From NCBI RefSeq assembly GCF_009834535.1, contig NC_045705.1, positions 65,410,001 to 65,474,000 of the forward strand: a DNA stretch of 64,000 nt. Reading direction: 5' to 3'. The notes beneath the pieces were generated by a model. The model saw only the letters and a program-made list of their open reading frames with translations, was not told where the DNA came from and searched no databases. This stretch comes from Camelus ferus (lineage: Eukaryota). Shown here one piece after another: positions 49,922 to 59,465 of this stretch. The position numbers were made by a program, and so were the translations under genes. The number at the start of each line of letters is the position of its first letter. The stretch's first letter is position 1.

Positions 49922-51818
49922 CTACAGGATGGCCAGCTCATCCTTCTGGGAACTGGGCGGCTGCAGGCAAGGGGAGCTGAGTCAGTGGCTGGGCATGCTG
50001 TCCTCTCGCCCCACGCACCCGAGAGGAGGTCTGTGTACCTGGAACAGTGCCCCCTCTTGGAAGGCCTGGGCTCCCTCCTGGGTGTCCTTCCCTTCCTCCT
50101 GGATGGCCCTCTCTCCATCTAGGATGGCCTTTGCTTCCTCCTTCAGGCTCTTGTACAAAGAGTTAGGCTGGAACAAAGGGTTGCAGGGGCCAGAGGTGAG
50201 TAGCCAACCCCAGGCAGGACTGCCAGCGCAGGAGCTGGTCCAGGAGACAGGGAGGAGGCACAGTGAAGAAGAGGGTCCTAGACTGAGGCTCTCACCAGGT
50301 CTTGCAGCTTCTCCCCCAGGGCCAGGTTGTCTGCTTGGATGGTACTCAGGGACTCCCGAAGCCTAGAGTTGAAAAAGAGACCCTCTGCTCAGCCCCCAGG
50401 AGCTTGTCTTAGGCAGCCCTCACCCCCACCCCCAACACACAGCTCTTGCATGAGCTACAGGATCTGGCACCAGCCAGGAGCCCAGTGTTTCACCAAGAGC
50501 TCAGGCTGGCTCTGGGGAAGCCACAGGCAGGGAGGGAATTGATCTCCCCACGTGACCCACAGCAAGGGACCGCACAGAGCCGAACTGTGCTTTTCTTCTT
50601 CTTTAGCCAGAGAAGAGCAGGTGACTTCATCGCATATGCTTAGATAGGAATCCTCTAAGGCAGCCTATAGGGCTGGCCACCCCACCCCTCTGGGCTGCAG
50701 TGGGGGCTGTGACAGGTTCTGGGTGGTTTCCGTGTGGAACTGTGTGGAACTAGCCCTGCCGGAGTGGCTGAGCCAGCTGTGGATGAATGAAAGTGCCAAC
50801 CACACAGATCCATGGCCATGGGAGCCATGTGCAGCCTTGGGGGAATGACGTCACACACCCCCATCCCAAGACCTCTGTCACCAGGTGGAGATCTGACCCT
50901 AGTATTGCCTCAGACAGGCAAGCGGCCATGGGATTGTGCAGACCTAATGTCCAGAGTCTGACATGCAGAGAACAGACCCTCCCTGCCACTTCCCCACAGA
51001 CCAAACTACCCCTCAGGTTCTTGGACAATTAAAGATGGGGTCCCTTCTAGGCAGCCTATAGACGGCCCACTATCCAGGCAGGTGGGCGCACTGATGGGAA
51101 AGAGCTGTGGCCTCCACTCCTGCTCACATACAAGGACACCAATGCTGGGGAGGGAAGGGACTGATTGGCCAGCAAGGATGTCATCCAGAGTAGAACAGAC
51201 AGAAGGCAAGGGAAGGAGGGGAAGACCAAGGCTGAGTGAAGGTGCAAACCCATAGCTGTCAAGCCCCAGTCCCTGACCTCCACAGGGCAAAGCCCTGTCA
51301 CCCTACCTGTCCTCATTCCCCCTCCTACCTGTCCCCACCTGCCCCTTCCCAGCTCACCTCTGGCAAATATTCTGCAAATGGCTCATTTCCTTCGAGGTCC
51401 GCTGGGGGCCCCAGTCTTCCTTATCCAGGAACCGGCACGCCTGGCTCTCCAAGTCCCTGGGGTAGGTGGGCAATGAGGGTTGGACCAGAGTCTAGAGACT
51501 AGGGCAGGGTTAGGGTGGGCAGAATGGGGATCCAGCCCGAGGTTGAGGCTTCCTCAGTCCTATCTTAGCCATGCCCCTGCACACCCCAGGGCTGAGTCCT
51601 AGCCCAGGTCTGAATGGTGATGGTCGGGGAGAAGCACCCTGTGCCCCGCTCCTCTTCACACCCTCACACACGTGCACACCGCCTTACTCTTCAGGGTCTT
51701 TGGTGGGCTCTGCTGTGCTCAGGAGTGTAAACAGGAACGTGACGGTGGCTTCCTCTTGGAGGCCCAGCTTTTGCTCTGAAGAATCTGAAGAAAGTGGCTT
51801 TGGCAGAGAGGGTGTCAT
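49922..51818 (-). CDS. Unnamed 154-aa leucine-zipper/coiled-coil protein; complement join(51688-51818,51358-51456,50296-50362,50039-50167,49922-49960)
   Basis: Four GT-AG introns with pyrimidine tracts and compatible phases (2,2,0,0). Translation: MTPSLPKPLSSDSSEQKLGLQEEATVTFLFTLLSTAEPTKDPEEDLESQACRFLDKEDWGPQRTSKEMSHLQNICQRLRESLSTIQADNLALGEKLQDLPNSLYKSLKEEAKAILDGERAIQEEGKDTQEGAQAFQEGALFQPPSSQKDELAIL*. Start codon is the least certain part. Confidence 0.75.
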
Positions 51819-52295
51819 GGTGACTGAAGGGGCATGAGGCTGGCTGCCCAGGAGCTGGGTCCTCCCACACCCAATAGCAAGATGGTGGGGTGCAATGGCT
51901 GGGGGTTCAGATCTCCATCCAGGCAGGAGAAGAATTTCTCCAGCCCTCCTGCCATCCTGGCCCTCTGCCTTGGGAGGTCCTGGGGCTTCCTGTCACCTCT
52001 GTGCCTGGCTCCCTAGAGACCTGAGGGTCTTCTGGCTTCTGCTTCTCAACAGGCTGCCGCACGGGCTTCTCCTCAGGCTTGGAGTGGGCCCTTCGTCCTC
52101 CCCTGGGAGACTGAGGGAGATAGAAAGTTGGTTGATGAGCCACATCCCCCGTCCCATTGGCCTCCCCTTTCTAGCCTCTGGTTTTCCTGGGGCAGCCTCC
52201 AGCCTCGAGAATCTCCACCACCAGCTCTGTGCAGTAAACCAGCCCTTTGAACCTGGGCTGCCACCCATCTCCCCAGTGCCTGGGGGGCTTAAAGT

Positions 52296-52488
52296 TAGGG
52301 CTATCAGATTTAGCAAACAAAATATAGGACACCCAGAGAAATTCGAATTTCAGATAAACAGTGAATCACTTTTTAGCAAAAGTCGATCCCAGACATTGCA
52401 CAGGATAGACTTATACTTTAAAAAGTATTTGTTTTTCATCTGAAATTCAAATTTCACTGAGTATCCTGTATTTTACTTGGCAACCCGA
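52296..52488 (+). mobile_element. MER53 palindromic MITE
   Basis: tagggctatcagatttagcaaa...ctgaaattcaaatttcactgagtatcctgtattttacttggcaaccc matches recalled MER53; long internal inverted repeat. Confidence 0.85.
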
Positions 52489-54351
52489 CCAAAGCTACCT
52501 GCTAGTGATATTTGGTAAACGAACCCCCAGAGATGCAAGGAGGTGGGGTTGGGGTCTGGGTTGGCACTATTTAAAGGAATCCTAGAGAAACGTATAAGAA
52601 AGTGGAGAATCTCTCCAATTTTTGGTGTAGAAGTCATCTATCAATTGTACATTGAGAAGCAAAGAGTGTGCCATTCAAGACCCTCAACTTGTGGACACCC
52701 TTGTTTCTAACCCACCTAATATTCCGCCATCCTTGAACAAGCCCCTGCTCATACTGGGCCATGAGCTTCATTTCCCAGCACCGTCCCAGCCATCCCCTCT
52801 GCTGTACTCTTACCTATACAGTTCACCCTTCTCCCATTCCCTCCCCACTTTGCAATCTGAACCTGGTCACTCTTTTCTCTGCTGAGCCAAGGCAGTGCCT
52901 CCCCAGGACCCCTTGGGCAGGTCTGCAGAGGAGCCAGAGCTGGGCTGATCCTGAGGATGCTTCTGTCTCTACCAGGTGGTATAAGATGTTCCACCGAGCA
53001 GGCTTGAAATAGAAGCTTCTCCACAAGTCACAGAAAGTCTTAAGTCAATAGATGAAATTGTCATCATTTTGCACTGTCAGATTTTTCAGAATCTTGTCCA
53101 TTTGCTGGCCAAACGATGGATGGCAATCCAATTAGAGAACAAATAGTGACCTCAGATGTGTCCTTCTTCACACTGAGCTCCACCAGGGCTTCTGACAGCC
53201 CTGTGGGTTGCGGCAGGAATTGTATGCAGTGTGCTCTCTGCATCACATTGAACCTTTCCAGATAACTTAAAAATATCATGGTTCCTGTCCATGTGACATA
53301 AGCAGAATCTCCATGGCCTGCAGTGCCCTGCAGAGGGCCTGTCACCCTGGGCACGCACTGAGCTTCAGGGTGGAACCAATTCTCAGAAGCTGGGAGCTCT
53401 GTCACTGGCTTTGATCTGTCCCAGAGGGATGCGGCAACATATAACAAGGTCTACAAAACTAGCCAGAACTTTGTCCTGTTAACTTTGCTTTGGAAACTAG
53501 GGCTAAAGAAACAACTCCAAAGGTAGTAAAAATAATTCACCCAGAGATCCACAGCAGATGATTCACACCAAGAAGAAAAACTGGAACTGGCCTAAAGGGC
53601 CCAAATATAAGAAAAGGTAAGTAAACAGTGACTTACGAACGTAATAGAATACAGTCCACTCTGTAGTGAATGGTCCCCAGTAAACACTGGTTGACCAATC
53701 GCTGCATGTGGGACAGGTCTCAGGCAGGTCCTGAGAATACACAGATAGATGATCATGACCTGATTCTGCCCAGGAGAAGCCCCTGGGTATGGGGATGGGT
53801 GATGGCCCAGGTTCACAGGTGACCAGTGCTGGGAGATGTGCCAATACAGACACTTGTAGAGAACGCTCTGGCAGTGAGAGGAGAGAGCCACTTGGCTTAG
53901 GAGCTCCAGAAAGACTCCACCAAGGAGGGACTACTCAATCTTCAACAAGTCAGGTATCCAGGCCAGAGAAGGAAGAAGGGGAATCCAGAAGAGGGAATGG
54001 TTTGGGCAGGATGGTGCTGATTGGCTTGGCATGTTCAGGTGTGGGGTGCTCCCACTGAGACCCAAGCTGAGCAGGCCTGGGCTGTGGTTCCCAGGTGACA
54101 AGGAGGCGAGGGAGACCTTTGGTTGTTTCTCCATGTGGGTTGTTGGGGCCGTAGCGGGGAAGATGGATGGGAGGAAGAGATTGGGGGCAGAAGCCCAAGG
54201 TCTTGGGAATGAAGGAGAGAAGCACGTACAACTGCTGCGCATGAAAGGGTCTACACTATCTTAATATCGGGCAAGGCGCGCATGAGACGCTGTCACACCA
54301 CGAAAGCAGACCTCACACGGTCTGTCTGTGCTCCACGTGCAGTGTACCACG

Positions 54352-54535
54352 CAAGATTGCCAAATGAAACACAGGATGCCTGGTTCAATTTGAATGCCAG
54401 ATAAACAATGAGATTTGCTTTAGTTTAAACACATCCCAAATATTGCATGGGACATATGTGTACTACAAAAATATTCACTGTTTATTGGATTTGGGACATG
54501 CTTATGCTAAACAAAAATTCATTGTTTATCTGACC
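54352..54535. mobile_element. Second, rearranged MER53 copy
   Basis: ttgccaaatgaaacacaggatgcc...cagataaacaa...tcccaaatattgcatgggacat, with a duplicated gggacat segment. Confidence 0.7.
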
Positions 54536-54804
54536 TAGGAAAAAAGGTAAAAAGTGAAAATAGCGTTCAGTTGTTGGTTTTGCAGCACGCTGGTATAGAA
54601 GCAGCCACAGTGGTCCCGCCAGACTCCTCCACCAGGAACTGCACTCAGCACCTCAGTATCAAGTGAGCATCTGTGCTTCATCTCCATCTACTTTGTGCAT
54701 CCGTTAGCAAGATATGTGCTTTTTTGCTTTACACCATTTCGGCCTACAAAGGTTTGACAAGAATGCTCTACTTTTAGATAGTGGGGGAAATTTGTCCTAT
54801 TATT

Positions 54805-54958
54805 TTTTTTAATTGCTTTTTTTGTTTGTTTGTTTGTGAGGGGGGGAGGTAATTATGTTTATTTATTTATTTTTTTTAGAGGAGGTACTGGGGATTGAAC
54901 CCAGGACCCTGTGCAAGCTAGGCATGCGCTCTACCACTTGAGCTATATCCTCCCCGCT
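54805..54958 (-). mobile_element. tRNA-Ala-derived SINE, long-tail type
   Basis: Perfect 17-bp TSD aaatttgtcctattatt at 54788-54804 and 54959-54975. Confidence 0.92.
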
Positions 54959-55854
54959 AAATTTGTCCTATTATTGTTTCCATTTTACAGATAAGGAAAC
55001 GGAGGCACAGAGAAACAAGTAACTCGCCTGGGGTCACACATCTAGAAACTGGCAGCGCCAGTATCCAAACCCCATTGACCTCTGGAATCTGTGCTCTTGC
55101 TCATCATGCTGCCTCTGCAGAAGGAACAGGCAGGGAGGAAAGACTGAGCAGAGGCCACACCTGAACCAAACCTAACCAAGGCAGGACTCAGCAGGTGAGA
55201 CAGGATTGGGAGGAGCAGGTGAGGCAGAGAACAGTCTGAGCAAAGGCCTGGAGGTGTGGACCTTGAAGCAGCTCAGGGTTCTGTGGGCCTCAAGACTGGA
55301 GGCGTGGCCACCAGCCTCACCCTGGAGTCCTCACGAGGCCTGCCAAGCGGTCTGGACCAGCAGGGATCCTGGTTGCAAACAAGAGAAAACCATATTGGCT
55401 AATTTGAGCAGAAAAGGAGTTTACTAGGACACTTGGGAGTTGCAAAATTCAGAGAAAGAACAGACTCAAAGGGCAGTAAGTGTGGGACGCTGGCCACCAG
55501 GACCACATGAGGACGCCGCCACAGAAGCAAACTGTAGCGTTCTGCCATCTCCACACTGGATACCAGAAGCCCGGGGCTGCTGGACATGTGAGGCTACCAC
55601 CTTGCTGGATCTTCAGTTGTTCTTCCCTCTTTCCAGGTCCTCGTGCAAAATCTGATCGGCTGAGCTCAGGTCAGATGCCCGTGCCTTGGTTGCTGGGGTC
55701 AGGGGGAGCAAGTGTGGCCTCCTCCTGCCCATAGGAGGAAGCAGGGTCTGCAGTCAGCCCATTTGTAGATGTTAGGACTCTGGGCCACCAAAACCCCATA
55801 ACTGTGCATCACACCACTGCATGGACAATGTGAAGTTGCCAAAGGGTTGTTTTT

Positions 55855-56225
55855 TAAAACTTACTATGGTAAAATACATGACATTTACCATTTTAACTGT
55901 ACAGTTCAGTGGCATTGAGCAGACTCAACATCGCTGCACAACCATCACCATCATCCACGTCCAGAACTTCATCTTCCCAAACTGAAATTGTCCCCATTAA
56001 ATAGTAACTCCCCATTCCCCCAGCCCCTGGCAACCACCATCCTTTCTGTCTTTATGAATTCGACAGTTCTAGGTATCTCATATAAACAGGAGTCGTACAA
56101 TATTTGTCTTTTTGTGTCTAGCTCATTTCACCAAGCATGTTTTCAAGGTTTATCCATGTAGCTTGTATCAGAAAATCATCCCTTTTGAAGGCTGAATAAT
56201 ATTCTGTTGTACCTTATACTGCATT
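55855..56225 (-). mobile_element. L1 3' fragment running into a gap
   Basis: gtaaaatacatgacatttaccattttaac...cagccccctggcaaccacc...tatttgtctttttgtgtctagctcatttca pattern. Confidence 0.75.
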
Positions 56226-56362
56226 NNNNNNNNNNNNNNNNNNNNNNNNNNNNNNNNNNNNNNNNNNNNNNNNNNNNNNNNNNNNNNNNNNNNNNNNNNN
56301 NNNNNNNNNNNNNNNNNNNNNNNNNNNNNNNNNNNNNNNNNNNNNNNNNNNNNNNNNNNNNN
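56226..56362. other. Assembly gap, 137 N
   Basis: N run. Confidence 1.
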
Positions 56363-57801
56363 ACAGTATCAGTGTTAAGCAGGGGATAAACAGCATCATA
56401 CTTTCTTAGAAAACTCATTCTGGCCGCAGTGTTGTGGAGTTTGAAGAGGTGAGAGATTAAAGGGAAGGAGACTCGCTAGGAGGCCAGGGCAACTGTCTAG
56501 TGGCCTCAGGGATGGAGGGATGTGGAGGAGGTTGGGGCTGACAGGATGGGGTGAGAGAGGGTAGAGGTGCAAATGACCCCAGGTCCCTGGGTGGTGGGAC
56601 TGGGTCAGCTGGTGGTGGTGCTAATGGCAGAGGGAGCACAGGAAGAGGCAAGCTGGTGGATGAGCTGAATTTGAGATGACTTCTGGGGTGGGATACAGTT
56701 CTAAAAGACAGTCCTAGATTCTGGTTTGAAGCTCAGGAGAGAGGTATGGTTTGGAGATAGAGACTAGCAAGTCTTGAGCAAGGAGGTGACCCACAAAGAG
56801 CAGGGAGATAGAAAAGAGGATCCAGGACTGAATCTGGGTGTGCTGGTATTTCAGGAGAAGCCAAGAAAGAGGGGCCACCGGTACTATGGCCCCAAGAAGA
56901 GTGTTCTCAGCCCAGGTTGCAAAGGCCTGAGTCTGTAGCATTGGTCATTAGGGGGGCCGCTGGTTACTTTTGTCCAAGCAGTAAATGGAGTGATGAGGGC
57001 ACCCAGAGTAAATTGAAAGGAAGCAGAGAACAACCTTTGGACATTATTGCAAGGGGCTTAATCTTGAAAGACATTAATAGCAGTAGATGAAAACATGCTG
57101 GATAAGATTTTTTTTTGGATTAGGATTAAGGTGGTTGTTTTTAACAATTAAATGAACATAAGCCTGTTTAAGACTTGTAGGAGAAAGAGGCATCTCAGAG
57201 GTGAGAACTGGATCAAAAGCCAAAATGGAAAGCTTGGTCTTGAAAAGAGGAGCCCCCTCTCCTCCGCGTAAGGGAAGGAGGTAAAGGTGGGGAGGCTTAG
57301 GGAGAATTTAAAGACCTTGATCTGCTCTAAGGACTAGGAGGCAAGGACAAGCATAGAGGATGCGAGGGAGAGGAAGAGAATTCCTGGGAACCTGCACCTC
57401 TGACTAGCTCCCCAGGGGTTCTGCACTCAGTGCTGTGGAGCATCCACGTTGGGCCCGTGTGAAACATCGGTCCCTTAGCAGGAATCTGACAGGGAGACAG
57501 GGCCAGGGAGCAAGGGCTGGACTTGGGGTGGTGTGCAGACTGGTTTCCAGGTACTGAGCAAAGCTCTTAGCAGCCTCACCCCAGTCCCGACTTCTTTCCT
57601 CCAGCCCTGCCTTGGAGTGGGTACAGTGACTGGACAGGTGGGAGTGACCTACCGCAGGGCTTCTGGAGGTCAGGTTGGCAGCCCTCGGTAAAAAGGGACA
57701 AGCCTGGTGACACAGCCAAAAGAAAGTGTGGCTCTTGGGCCCCACACCATCAGCTCTGCCTTTGACCCAACAAAAGAAACACTCTGAACAGGCAATAATT
57801 C

Positions 57802-57807
57802 TTTAAT
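57802..57807 (-). terminator. CDCA5 distal poly(A) signal candidate (ATTAAA)
   Basis: TTTAAT on plus about 1.66 kb after the stop; a proximal AATAAA lies at 58589-58594. Confidence 0.55.
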
Positions 57808-59465
57808 CAGGTTTTCTTTTTTAATTTAAAAAAGAAACCTGTTTTCTCTTAAACTCCATTCTTACTTTTTCAGGGACAGAGAGAAGTCTGTGATAACGAA
57901 ATCAATCCAACATCATTTGGTGACTTCCAATTCTACAGGACTGTTTCCCAGGAGTTGTCCTGCCAGCTGGTGAGGACCAGATTCTTCAGGTGTGGGCCAG
58001 CCCAAAGGCATCTGGGCCCACCCTGGTAAAGGGGCTTGCTTGCAGGATTTGACAAAGCATGAAGCGTTCGACAGGTAGCCTGGGACCCTTTAGCCTTGCA
58101 AAGAGTTTAATTAGCGCCATCAGGCCCAAGCATTTCAGGTGCCCTAACCGAGGAAGCGCTTATCTTCCCTGACGTTCTCTGCTGTTCACCAGCCCCTCTA
58201 CACTCCTCTTAGCCTCCACGTCCACGAACCTGTAAATGTCAAAAGGCACAATGGCCTGGGCTCTGGCGGAAGTTGTGGCTGGGAAGCCTTTGAAGGCTCA
58301 CTTTTTAACAACGTTGAGGAACAAGAAGCAGAGGGTAGGGGAGCAGGGTTCCCCAGAGAACGACCACCCTTCTGCCCCATTCAACTCTGAGCACCTACCT
58401 CAGGGCAACGTCCTCGTGTGAGAGGACACTAAGGAAGCTGAAAGCTAAAACTGCTATTAACCTCAGCCCCTTTCTGGCATGCGAGAAAAGCTTCTTAGAA
58501 CTTTACAAGTGTAGCTGCAAAATGCTAGATCACCATCAAGACCATCCAACCCCTGTTATTCTTCTATAGCTGAGTAGACTCTGTACACTTTATTTTGTTA
58601 AAAAAACAGCTATGAGTGACAGGAGTGTACCCCTTCCCGGCCCCCTGCGGGCCTCCAGTCCCAGTGCCCTGAGCCTCAGGTTCAGTGGCATCTGGAGACA
58701 CCTTCTTTGCCCCAAGCAGCCAGTGCCCCATCAGCCTGGCATTTAACCGAACATCTCAACAGCAGAACAGACTATAAAACACAGCTTCTCTGCAGTAAAT
58801 GTTTACGTTTGAAACCCAGCCAAGGCTTCCCTCTATCCTTCAAAACCTAAGACCCTATAGACTGAATGTCCAGCTTCTCCCACAGATAGACTGTTTGCAA
58901 TCCATGGGGACATGTCCTCCTAGACCAGCCACAGAATCTATGAGGAAACCCAAGCCTTGTTACCTTGAGGGGCTCACGACCGGGAACAGAAGGCAACTCA
59001 GAAGAGAAAGGGCAAGGCTGGCTGTGGCCCTCAGCATCCGTTTCTGGTGGAGCTGGTGCAGAGCAGCCACGTTTCCCAACAAGGGCAGAGGTGCTCTCTC
59101 ACCCACAACCCCCCGCCCTTTAACCTCCTCGGGCTGGGCCAGTGATTCTGACTCCCTAGTCTGTGGCCCAGCTGGAAACCAACTGGGATACTCTGGGAGG
59201 CAGGGAGGAGAGGGTAGTGGGTCACCGACTACAGAAAGGACACCAGTGCGTGGCTGGGCCAGGCAGGCCGGGCCCCCTTTCCTGAAGCTGAGACGGCTGT
59301 GGCTGCCACACAAGCCCTGGGAGGAGGACAGGCCTCCTGTGCAGCAACAGCACGGTGGTGGGTAACAAGGCCAGGGGAGGGGACCCTGAGAGTCTTCTCC
59401 ACAGGTAGAGGGGACTATGTACAGGGGGAGGAGAAGAGTCTGGCCAGGTGCATCCCCATCTCATC

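Noticed and set aside
50440-50515. Extra exon candidate in intron 2 of the unnamed gene (acceptor ttccccag)
   Set aside because: Stop codons in all three frames and no good donor.
53064-53447. 127-aa minus-strand ORF upstream of the unnamed gene
   Set aside because: No convincing splice sites linking it to the gene and no recognisable domain; possibly decayed retroelement sequence.
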